Shown: positions 26,901-38,707 of the stretch, piece by piece | How the letters are laid out: the number at the start of each line of letters is the position of its first letter | How positions within the stretch are numbered: position 1 is the stretch's first letter | NCBI GenBank assembly: GCA_973895155.1 | Contig: OZ316892.1 | Location: 7,361,251 to 7,425,250, forward strand | Origin: Marsupella aquatica | Taxonomy: Eukaryota > Plantae > Marchantiophyta | DNA: 64,000 nucleotides | Direction of reading: 5' to 3' | Notes under the pieces: generated by a model | What the model saw: the letters and a program-made list of their open reading frames with translations, nothing else | The model's database searches: none | Told to the model about the DNA's origin: nothing | Translations under genes and position numbers: made by a program

Positions 26901-27727
26901 CCTTGTGAACAGAGAGAGGGCATGCCCAACAGCCGGATTTTGAGCAACAAGCTCATCAATGGTGACAAGAATGGCGAATCCCTCCGCAAGAAACATCACC
27001 ACCGTTTGAAAACGGGCGTTCCAAAATGATGCAAACACTCGGTTGCTGGCTCTCGATCCATCCCCTGAAAATATTGCTTCTAGCTGCTGTACCAAGTTCT
27101 TCAGCACAGCCCGCAATTTTGAGATAAGTTCTAAAAGGTCTTGGAAAAAATTTAGGGAATTGGCAAACGTCTTTTGCAGCTCTCCTTCTAAAACTTCCTC
27201 CGAGTTCGCACGCAAGCCAAAGACCACCAAACGAGGGTAGACTTCAGATATCACCTGTAACATCACCGCATTGTTAGATTCATCGTTGCTTAGCACCCAA
27301 AAGCCTCGAATCTGGAATCTACCACGAGGAGTCGTGAGATTCTCACATGTGACATAAACCGCCTACCTGATGTCGCCAGTGAGCTATTTGAAGGCAATCA
27401 TAGCCCAGAACAGTAATGAGTTTATTGAAGGGAACGTTATCGGTAGTAATCAAGTCCAAAATAGTATCTCCATCATGTGGCTTGATCAGAATGACGAGGG
27501 GATCTTCATTAATGTCCCCCACATCTCTTGCAGCAGCTTGAGAGGAACTGCTATCTAGTCGCTCCATTTCCTCCCATACATGACTTCTCCACTCATCCAC
27601 AAACCTCCGTAGTTTCTCCTGTTGTTCATCCACTGAACATGATACAGAAGAATGTATCAAAACCTCCTCCCCTGTCTCCCTCTCTCTGGACCCCAGCTTT
27701 CTCACCTCTGTCATGGTGTAAGCTCAT
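17955..27727 (-). CDS. WASHC4: WASH complex subunit 4 (SWIP/KIAA1033, WASH-7 domains), about 24 exons
   Basis: Exons encode [121 protein letters not shown] and the C-terminal FSGARIFFQ* (stop 17955-17957). The start is inferred from a 22-nt first exon (27727-27706) spliced in phase to 27632 and is less certain than the rest. Confidence 0.93.
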
Positions 27728-28657
27728 GTACTCAATTAGGTACATATGTCAAAATTTCTCCCTCTCTCTCATTCAATAAGAATGTTGTCACAATGTGACC
27801 TCATCCGCTGAAAATGAGGGAAACGTGTCAAAATTGTCTCTTTCTATTCCCCCGCGAACCGAGGACTGTGCCTCACGAAATTGTTGTCCTCCGTCCTTTC
27901 GCAGGGAGAAATCGCATTGGACAGGGGAAGAAACCGGGAGGGATTCTTAATTCTTTTCAGTTGCTTGTTAGACCATGATCACCAGGAGTCCTAATTGCCG
28001 CAGAGCCATTCAAGTGAACTGCGGGAGCCATTGCAGAAATTTTAGTACAAATTCAAAACTCAAGGAATGCTCGAACTGCCCATGCACAGCCACAGCGTTT
28101 GTAAAAATAAGATTTCTATGCTGAGTTTCGACAAAATTCACAAACCTAATGTAGTAGCAAACGAAACCGACACAGAGTGTGAGCAGATCGAGCTAAGATA
28201 TCTTTCGTGGGAGCTTGAAAAAATGCTTCGACCTCGTTACGACCGACTTGAACGGGACAGAGTGTTAATTAACAGAGCTCAGATTGCCGCACCAAGCTAC
28301 AACAAAATGCTAAAGCCTACAACTGAACCAGCAAACGAATAGACGATTCAACCCAAGCGCTCCCAAAGACCTGAGAGAAGCAGAGAGCTCACAACGTACA
28401 TGATGGTCAGTCTCCGTGTGTCCACAGAAGAAGCCCCATCAACGATACCGGAGAAGAGAGAGAACGAGTATCACATCCAAACCATTGTTGATTGCCAACC
28501 CTCATCGCAATAACCTCGAAGTAGAAGTTCAATTGCTCATCGATTGCTTTTCTGATTGATTCCTACGTTCTCTCTAGCATGTGGCCACGCATCCCGTTCC
28601 TTCAGCCCCATTCCTCTCTCCAAATCAACAAATGCCTCATCACTTCGAGTCGACCCG

Positions 28658-29430
28658 AGCTTCACACCGACATTGAGTCAGGATGGGGGAATCGGAGAGA
28701 AAGTAGACTGAGCAACAAGTAATCTAGCAGCACGAGAAAATCATGCCACAAAATCATTGCAAATAAATGAATGAAGGAGAAAATGACTCAGAATGCTCCC
28801 ATAGACCCAGCTAGGGAACCATCCAACTATGCAACCCCACCCCATGGACTGTGAAACCTTCTTTTACTCTTTCACTAGAGTAGTTGACACAAGTTTTTAA
28901 GAGCAAAGTTTTGACCTTCCATAGGGAGTCTCAAACCAAGTTTGACCTTCAATAAGGGGTCTCAAACCTCAAAACTTGTTGGACCTTAACCTAGTAGGTA
29001 ACGTTAGGGATACAAAAAGCGTTTTGGACTACCGAATTTGACACTGCCATATGGCCGATCACTTCCTGGTTATCTTGTCTTGTTAGAATGATTTATTATG
29101 TATTTTCAAGTCAATCTAGTCTAGTCTATGCTTTTACTTTGTGTTATTTTGAATTTAGTGATTCTAATCTAAGCTTCACATTGACATTAAGTCAGAATGG
29201 GGGAATCGGAGAGAAAGTAGACTGAGTGACAAGTAATCAAGCAGGACTAGAAAATCTTGCCATAAAATCATTGCAAATAAATGAATGAAGGAAAGAAATG
29301 ACTCATAATGCTCCCACGGACCCAGCCAGCAAATCATGCCACCATGGACGGTAATAATACCTTTTACACTTTCACTCATGGACACAAACAAAATTTCACC
29401 TTCAATAGGGGGTCTCAAACCTTAACCTAG
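28658..29430. repeat. Diverged direct repeat pair (~260-330 bp; copies at ~28658-28993 and ~29172-29430), TE-like
   Basis: Both copies share agcttcaca..gacatt(g/a)agtcag(g/a)atgggggaatcggagagaaagtagactgag ... aaaatcattgcaaataaatgaatgaagga ... ggggtctcaaacct. The spacing is 514 bp. Confidence 0.85.
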
Positions 29431-30465
29431 AAGTCAAAGTCATGGACAAAAGAAGAGTTCATGATTCATAACTTCTTGCCATAAAGATATGCCATGTATA
29501 AAATACCTTTTTCACAGTCCATTGAAAAAAAAATTTAAAATTTGCAGAACCTTGTGAAAAAGCTATGCTTATTTGTTTATGGTCAAACCCCATCATACGT
29601 GACTTTGAAGCTTTGAGACGGGCCATGACCATAAGCCACTGTAGCTGCAAGTTAAAAAATTATTAACATAACCCTGTGAAAAAACTATGGCCAAAAGCCA
29701 TCATTCAGAACTTTGGAGCTTTGAGATGCCCTAGTGTCATTCTCCCTTTAGCTTATTTTCTAGGGCTACTTAGAAAAGTATTGGGAAGATCTTGAGTGAG
29801 TTATTGTGAGAGTTATGAGAATATGTACCATATGAGCAGACAAGAGAGTCTCAGTGTACTCCATTCAGGTTGCAAAAATTTGAGAATTATGGCAAACTTG
29901 GAGGTCCCAGTTAGCTTCAATTTCTACAATCTGCCATCATAGAATATGCACATTTGCTTTATTGGTTAGATTTCAGGCATGCTATACTTGAGTTTTCGTG
30001 TCTTTATACTCAGAAGACCAAGCTCCCATGACTGCCACATTTGATACTCATATAACACTCATATACCATGTGCTCATAGAATAATGTCTCTTCAAGAGTT
30101 TCTCAGATAGTCTCTTTCCTTCATAAAAATGTTCACACTTTTTAGAGCCAAAAAGCACTTAGTCTCCTGCCACGTCACCTCCGCCATCTTTAGTCTAATG
30201 GGGATGAAACTTTCAGTACCATAAAAGGAAAATTGCTTTGTAGGTCAGAGTGCTCAAACAAAACATTGTGGTCCATCCCAACATCAAAATCTCAGACTGG
30301 GTTTCACCCCCCAAACACTTGCATCCCGCCTTACATTTTCCTCTTCTTGCTTTTGGAGAAGTTTATGCACAGGCAAATGGGCCACAAGCTTTCATTAAAC
30401 AAACCCTGGTGTAACAAGAAACTTTTGAGAAACAAAAATGGACTCCGTGAGTTGAAAGTACATGA

Positions 30466-30574
30466 TGTTAGACACTACCTTTGACCGGACGACCGGACCA
30501 GCCGGTCACCCTGGTCCCACTATATGTACTCCTATTCCCGACTATACACATGTTCATTCCATTCTATTCTCACA
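30466..30574 (+). repeat. 5' LTR (109 bp)
   Basis: tgttagacac...attctcaca, matching 37241-37349 at 105/109 positions. Confidence 0.95.
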
Positions 30575-30587
30575 CGTTATCAGCACG
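30575..30587 (+). other. Primer-binding site complementary to the anticodon arm of tRNA-Ile (half-tRNA priming)
   Basis: CGTTATCAGCACG directly follows the 5' LTR. Its reverse complement CGTGCTGATAACG matches the plant tRNA-Ile(IAU) anticodon arm CGUGCU-IAU-AACG, with inosine read as G. Confidence 0.8.
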
Positions 30588-32226
30588 AAAGCTTAACGAG
30601 CGGAGAGCAGAGCAGAGAATTGAGAATGATAAGAAACAACGATAAGGCGATAACATTTTTTTCCGAAAAACGAAGGAGAGGGGTAAGCAATGCAAAGCGA
30701 AAGGGTTCGACGATTTACTGACTGAATTTAGGACTCCGACGATTAAGAGAAAGAAGATCTCGATGAAGCATCGAAGAGATTGAGAAGGAAACTTTTGAAG
30801 GCTTACAGAAATCGGAGGTGATAAGGAGCATTGAATCATTAACAAATTACAAGGCTCCAAATGAGTCGGTCTATCACAGGCGCAGCGAGAAAGGACAATG
30901 AGGATGCCATAAGAACTTCCGAAAATAGAGGAGAACCGAGAATGATAAGAAACACAACGAGGCCATAAAACCTTTCGAAAATCAAAGGAAAGTGGAGCCT
31001 CACCCTTTAGCAAAGAGAATCAAGACTTCCGAACTCTTCTGCAACGAAGAGAACAAAGACAAAGAATTCACAAGGACCGATCCGGACTCATTGGAGGAGA
31101 ATCGAGAGAGAAGAAAAGAGATCGGAAAGAAGCGAAGACACTTTGAAAAGCCTACAGAGATTGGAGGAGATTGGAGCGATCGATCGAAGGTTGAAGGTCG
31201 AGGCAAAATCGCTTGAGAAGATCTCGAATGTGATTGAAAGTTGATCAAAAAGTCTCCCTAAAAGCTTAAGAAAGGATACGCTTACGAAAGAAAAGCTTAC
31301 GAACAATAAGCCCTAAGAAGTGATCGAAATAAGGAAAGGAGTAAAAACAGAGCATAAGAGAAGAGCGAAGCAGATCGAAGGCGAAGACAGAGCAAAGATA
31401 AGGGCCGAGATCGAGAAGTAAAGAGAAGGAACGTAAGGCCGAACGTGGTTGCAGATGTTACGAAGAGCGAGCAATCCCGATGGTGACTGATAGCTGACGC
31501 GAGCCCAATTAAGAGTAATGAGAGGAGAAACGGAAAACCCAATTGATCCACCATGTTCCAAACGTCCCGCCCCTTGATATTCCCGAAAGTCACTGAGTGG
31601 GCCTAAGATAGACCTTATTCACGTTGTTGAGATAGCGAGAGCAAGAATTACAGATTCAACAACACACGAGCCCCAAGAGGCCACGGAGTCGAAACGCTCG
31701 ACTGGAGGAGGAAACCAAGATCGGTGTGCACCCAAGGAGGAACCGGGGCTGCCAAGCAAGCACAACTGAGGTGTCAAATTGCGCAACAATGCAAGGAAGA
31801 ATAACGAGGGAAAACCGATAAGCAAACCACCCTCCTCAATTGCATAGTTTTACAAAGTTATTTCCTGCACACAAAGAAACCCAGGCACTTAACCATCTAA
31901 GTGCAAATAACCGCAAAACCTCTATAATTGCACACCGTAACAAAGAAAATTTTACTTTACAAAGCTGCAAGTGCACTTAACCAAGGCACGAGTATATTAC
32001 CACCCATAACTGCAACGCTAAGTGCACAACCGGACAACTGCACAGCTTAACAAAGGAAAAAGATAATACAAACGAAACCTTGCAGTTAAATACATTCACA
32101 AAGAAAACCAACTTAATAAGTGCAAACCCTTTCTCCACCATTGCATGCGGCAAATGTGCATTGTCTTTTGACTATATACATTATATATAAACACGCACAC
32201 CAACGCTGCACACCGGGACCTTAGAG

Positions 32227-35200
32227 ATGGCCAACCTTGAGAAACTCACCTTCCCCGCCCTAGAAATAGATGGCGGCAACTACCTAGAATGGTCCATGAA
32301 CCTAAAAGAAAACCTAACCTTGCTAACCCTACTCCCTGCGATAGGGCTCGCTCAACCCACCCTTGCCGGCGAACCACAACCAGACCCGTTAACTAAAGCC
32401 AACGAATCTAAGGCTCTAGTATTCCTTAGACGCCATATCCATAAATTCCTACAAAGACAATACATGCACCTATCAACCCCTCGTGAACTATGGACAGCGC
32501 TCCAAACCCGATTCGACCACCAAAAACTGGTCGAACTACCTAAAGCTAGGCAAGACTGGCTAAACCTGCGAGTCCAGGACTTTACCTCAATTTCAGCCTA
32601 CAATAGCAAACTCTTTAGAATAACATCAACCCTTGCAATATGTGGCGAGCCGGTCACAGACAAGGATCTGCTAGAGAAGACCTTGTCGACATTTCATTCA
32701 TCGAATGTGTGGCTATCAACACAGTATCGAAACATGAAGTTTGGGCAATACTCCGAGCTCATAGCCCACCTCCTAGTCACCGAAAGAAACCAAGAACTTC
32801 TTTTCATAAACTCTAGAAAATGACCTGCGGGCACAATGCCCTCAGGACAACAAAATGAAACCCATAACATAGAAAATGATGAACCCTCCACATCGAGGCA
32901 AGGCATTAAACGCACTAAGAATAGCAACCGGAGAAACACCCACAACAGGGGGAGTTTCTATAACCAACGTCCACAATATAACTCCCAACAAACCTTTAGA
33001 GGACGTGGTGGACGAGAAGGACGTGGAGGACGAGGAGGACGTGGCGGACGTGGCGGACGTGGCGGACGTATCGGACGCGAAGGACACAGCGGTGGTAGAA
33101 CATATAACAACAACCGTAGAAATGATTGGTCACAACCCCGACAACAATGGGAACGACCGAAATGCCATGCATGTGGCATGACCAACCACCTAGCCAGAAA
33201 CTGTAGAATCCTGCAACACCTTAAAGAGCTATATCAACGATCCCTTAGGGACGGACAAACCTCTAGGGCACCACCCCGTGAAACCCACGGGGAGTTCATG
33301 GAGTCTAGTGACCCATTCCAAGACTTTTCAGACCTACCTGTCCAACCCGAGGCACACTTAGTGGCAAGTAGCTCCACTACACCAGATTTAAATAGTCCAA
33401 GCACATGTATTATCGACAATGCGACCACGCATACTATCCTCAGGGATAGGCACCTTTTCCACAAGATTACACCCTCACGTAGATCCCTGACCACTATAAA
33501 TGGCCCTAGCCAAATAGAAGAAGGCTTCGGCCCAGCTTCAATTAGACTACCGTAGGGTACAACGATTCACATAGAATCTGCCATTTTTGCCCCGAACGCA
33601 ACCCGTAATCTCCTCAGTTTTAGAGATATACGAGCAAATGGACTACATGTCCAGACGGGCGATACAAGAGACCAGGAAGTGATACACTTGGTTGAAAATA
33701 CCCCTACGGGGAAAATCATTAAAGAAACCCTTTTCTTGTACCCTTGCGGGTTTTATGTAACTCATATTGAATGCCTACATAATAATGCCAACACAAGCGA
33801 ATTGCATGCGCTTTGGCATGCACGCCTCGGCCACCCCGGCCAATCAATGCTAACCAAAATCATTAAGAATTCAAGAGGCATTCCAATCAATACACGCCAC
33901 ATTCCAGCGAGCACCCCATGCACTGCATGCTCACGCGGCAAACTAATAACAAGGCCCACGACATCAAAATTGCCAACTAAAATACCCCAATTTTTGGAAA
34001 TCATCCATGCAGATGTTTGCGGGCCAATTAACCCTCCGAGCGGACCTTTTCACTACTTTATGGTATTAATCGACGCATCAACTAAATGGTCAAATGTGAC
34101 ACTACTTTCAACGAGGAACATGGTTATGCCTCGCATTTTGGCGCAAATCTTACGCGTGAAAGCACAATACCCAGATCACCCCATTAAGACACTAAGGGTG
34201 GACAACGCAGGGGAATTCACATCTGAAACATTTGACGACTTTTGTACATCACTTGGCATCGACGTACAATATCCTGTACCCCACGTGCACTTCCAGAATG
34301 GATTAGCTGAAGCGGTTATTAAACGCCTTCAGCTCATTGCACGCCCACTACTAATGCAGTCAAAACTCCCCGTCTCAGCATGGGGACACGCCATATTACA
34401 GGCTAATGCATTAATTCAATACCGCCCATCGGCTTTTAATACCTATAGCCCATACCAAATCGCTAACGGTATTAAACCTGACCTATCACATCTTCGTTCA
34501 TTTGGATATCAAGTAATGGTCCCCATTACTCCACCTAAACGAACCAAGATGGGACCCCAACGACAGTTGGGGATATACATTGGATTCGACTCACCGTCCA
34601 TAATCCGATATATGGAACCTACAACTGGCGATATTTTTAAAGCCAGATTTCTAGATTGCCATTTTGATGAACACATTTACCCACCATTAATAACCCTTGA
34701 ACACCCACAACCACCTTTGGAGTGGGAAAGACACTCGCCATTTTGGCAAGACCCTAGAACAAATCAAGGGGAGAAAGAAGTTCAAAGAATTCTACAACTC
34801 CACAAGATTGTGGAAGAACTTCCCGACGCTTTCGTTGACACATCACAACTTACCCGCTCACATATTCTAGCTGCGAGAACATTTGCTCGCATCGAATTAT
34901 CAAGTGAGCCAGCAAGTACATCCCAACCTCGTGCAAAACGAGGTAGACCCTTGGGATCAAAAGATAAACAACCACGAAGGCGTGGTTCATCTATACCACC
35001 TTCACCTGATGTCGATCATACCGAATCTACATCCCACGAAGAGATCTCTATCCACTACGCACACACAGGCGCGATGTGGGATATAAATACTACTTCAATA
35101 GATGATGCTTTTGCATTAATGGTGGCAACACATATCACTAACGAGACACCAGAACCAATATCTATCTTAGAATGCCAAAACATACTAGATTGGCTTGAAT

Positions 35201-36914
35201 GGCAAAAAGCTATAAATGGAGAATTAGATTCCCTACTCAGCAGACACACTTTTGGCCTAGTCGAGCCAACACCGCAAGACGTACACCTAATTGGCTACAA
35301 GTGGACATTTGTCCGCAAAAGAAATGATAAAGGCCAAGTTGTACGCTATAAAGCACGTCTGGTAGGGAAAGGATTTACACAACAACCGGGAATTCATTAC
35401 GATGAAACCTATTCACCGGTTATGGATAGCACAACATTCTGATATCTTATCGGATTTGCCATTTTCCATCAACTACAGATGCGACAACTGGATGTTACAG
35501 CTGCATATTTATATGGCACTTTAGACACTTGTCTATACAGGCGATCACCTCCTGAGTTGGAGCAACGTCGCCGAGCTTTAGCTCAAGGCGCTAAATCGCA
35601 TATCCCATATTTACATAAGATTATAACACAATTATCTCAAGTTACACCTCATGTGTCATCTACACATGTAATTCATAATAACGACACCGTTGTGTCAACC
35701 GTACGGAATACTCACCGCGGACTAGCTATCCGCGTGTTGAAGGCATTATATGGCCTGAAACAAAGTGGCAGAGTATGGTATCAAAGATTTACTGATGAAA
35801 TGATTGCCATGGGTTTTTCCCATGATACCATTACACCATGTTTATTTATTAAACATGTGGATGACGAATATGTCATAGTTTCTATTTATGTTGATGACTT
35901 AAATATATTTGGGACACCCCAACTTACAGAAGATACTATTACCAGTCTTAAATCAACATTTGAGATGAAAGACCTTGGACATACAAACTTTTGCTTAGGC
36001 TTGTACAACTAGAGATCCTACCCACTGGCATGATGCTCCATCAGACAACACAAACTGAAAAGATCCTAAAACAGTTCAATATGAACCTAGCACACCCATT
36101 GACGTCACCAATGGTTGTACGTTCATTAGAAAACAATATTGATATTTTTCGCAAGCGTGAAGAGCATGAACCACTATTAGGACCAGAAACCCCATACCTT
36201 TCTGCGATAGGAGCATTAATGTATCTAGCAAATCAGACACGACCAGACATTGCATTTGCAGTTAACTTACTAGCCAGACATAGTGCAACTCCCACAGCCA
36301 AACACTGGAACGGAGTTAAGCACGTATTTAGATATCTACGTGGAACCACCGATATCGGGTTATTTTACCCATTTGGTGCAAACCACGAGCTCATAGGATA
36401 TGCGGATGCCGGATATCTCTCTGACACTGATACCGCAAAATCCCAAACCGGATATGTTTTTACTATTTGGGGTACCGCTTTTTCTTGGAAAAGCGTGAAA
36501 CAGACCCTAACAGCAACCTCATCGAATCACTCAGAAATCTTAGCTCTACATGAGGCTAGTCGTGAAGCCGTTTGGTTACGATCCTTTATAAACCACATCA
36601 ACACCAAATGCGGCCTACCACCACTAACGAAGTCTACTAACATTTTTGAGGATAACGCAGCATGTATATAGCAGATCACAAAAGGATTCATCAAAGGCGA
36701 TCGCGTGAAACATATAGCCCCAAAGTTTTTCTACACCCACGAGTTACATGGAAAAGAGATCAACATTTTGCAGATTTCAAGTGCAGACAACTGTGCGGAT
36801 CTCTTCACCAAATCACTATCGCCATCAGTTCACCACCGACACTGCCAGGCGATTGGACTACGGAGCGTGCAACACATGATGACCGTGGAGGCTACTGCCC
36901 CACATGATACTTGA
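32227..36914 (+). pseudogene. Disrupted copia gag-pol polyprotein
   Basis: Motifs: zinc knuckle CHACGMTNHLARNC, protease IIDNATTHTI, integrase WHARLGHP..CTAC / IHADVCGP / LRVDNAGEF / QNGLAE, RT KARLV / KALYGLKQ / YVDD, RNase H GYADAGY / FEDNAAC / ADLFTK. In-frame stops end at 32823, 33555, 35442 and 36671, and there is a frameshift near 36005. Confidence 0.95.
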
Positions 36915-37240
36915 TGATGTTGACGACATGATGCTGATGATATGCTGTTGACAACCCACTGTTTAGACAGATGTTTAAACTAGATTTATTATAGCATCTA
37001 ACTTTACTTAACATTGACATTTCTTACGACGAGGACTGTTAGGCTGCACTCTTTTTCCTTTAGCACTCATAGTTTTTCTCTGCTACACTGGTAGAGTTTT
37101 TACAAAGCTAGAGTTGATAAAGGTTTTTTAACGAGGCAATCTACCTCGATTGTACTTATATCATGTATTTCCTATGAACATGATATAATAGGTATAGTCT
37201 ATGTTGTCTATATAGTTGTCACTATATATCCAAAGGGGAG

Positions 37241-37349
37241 TGTTAGACTCTACCTTTGATTGGACGACCGGACCAGCCGGTCACCCTGGTCTCACTATAT
37301 GTACTCCTATTCCCGACTATACACATGTTCATTCCATTCTATTCTCACA
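37241..37349 (+). repeat. 3' LTR (109 bp)
   Basis: Preceded by the polypurine tract and followed by the TSD CATGA. Confidence 0.95.
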
Positions 37350-38707
37350 CATGATTGTTATTTTTTCTTCTTCTTACTATTTTGGAAGACGACAGAGAGC
37401 ACAAATCAATTCAGAGAAGAAAATTTGCTCAAACTCCACATGGTCCATACTGAAAAACTAGAACATATATTTGAGTGGCAATATTTTCCAAATAGTTGGC
37501 TACTGTAGACACCAACTTATGCTCAACAGATCCTTAGTCCCATGAATTTCGGTACTGTCTGGATGTTCATTATTGTTAAAAACACTGTCCTAGTCAGTGG
37601 CAGATTGTTGCACTTGCATGGAGTCAAGAAACCCTACATTTTAATCTAGCACTGGTATAAAATGTCCACCACACCAAATTCTCCCATCCCATCCATGATA
37701 AAAATCTTGCCCCAAAGAGGAAGTTCTTGCACATGGAAATTGACCCAAATAATACAGGAAATTAGTTGATTTGTGCAATTTGTGAACAAATGGCCATAGT
37801 TTTGGTCAATAATCAGCAAGTAGATTACGCATTAGAAAACACTCTCTGTATGTTCATCTGCTTGTCTTACTAATAAATTTCTAACATTACTTTCAATGGC
37901 TAGAATCTAGAGTGAAGACTGGACCTTAACTCCATATAAAAAAAAACACTCAAAACTATGGAAAAAAAATGGATTCTTAGTAAGTTAGGACAAAGAGAGG
38001 GTAAAAACTAAAAAATGGGGATGGGGCAAATATAGACTCTTAGTAAGGACAAAGTGAGGATGAACAACAAATGAGGATGGGGCAAATATAAAATGGAGAT
38101 GGCATAGAAAAAAGTAAATTTTTTTATAGCCTTCTATCTCTCTTGATGTTCAAGGAACGGGAAAGCGGCAACTGTGAAATCATTGCTGTCACACGGACGT
38201 AGTGTAGTTACTTAAATACAGTAGATGAATCACAAAGCAAACTTGAGCGGTCTATCGGGACTTTCTCGATCCGAGACTTGTGCCAGCATTTGCATTTGCA
38301 ACGTGAGAAAATAAACTGAATGATCTACAGTACCAATTCTGGCGAAGGCATTTGAGGGAGCTCAATGTTGGCGAATGGATATGACGTTAGATCAAGCAGT
38401 ATGACCTTCAATGAAAGCATACCGATCTATTTCAATGAACCCTTCAGGGACAAAGCTTTGTAATTGTGTAATGTGGATATAATTGTATTCATCAACCTTC
38501 GAATTATGCTCATTTGGCAGAAAGGAAAATTTTGGAAGGCGCGCAGCTTGTATCGTAGCGGAGCTACAGTCGGTGAAATGTATGATCCTACTGTCTGAAT
38601 ATCTTGCATTTTATTTGGCCAAAGGTCTGTAATTCAGGGCTTCCACACCTGGAAACGTCGACCAGACGGACTTCCACTCAGGCTTCTTTCTTACCATCCA
38701 TGATCCT

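Larger units (their letters stand above)
30466..37349 (+). mobile_element. Full-length Ty1/copia LTR retrotransposon, Bianca-like lineage, inactivated
   Basis: LTRs are 109 bp with TG...CA ends (30466-30574, 37241-37349) and differ at 4 positions. The 5-bp TSD CATGA lies at 30461-30465 and 37350-37354. The PBS is at 30575 and the PPT aaaggggag at 37232-37240. Domain order is gag-PR-INT-RT-RH. The Gag start MANLEKLTFPALEIDGGNYLEW and the 3' motif ggtttttaacgaggca are Bianca-like. Confidence 0.96.

Noticed and set aside
27343-27714. WASHC4 start at ATG 27714 reading through the intron
   Set aside because: A canonical 73-nt GT-AG intron (27705-27633) with an in-phase ATG at 27727 explains the region better, though this is not proven.
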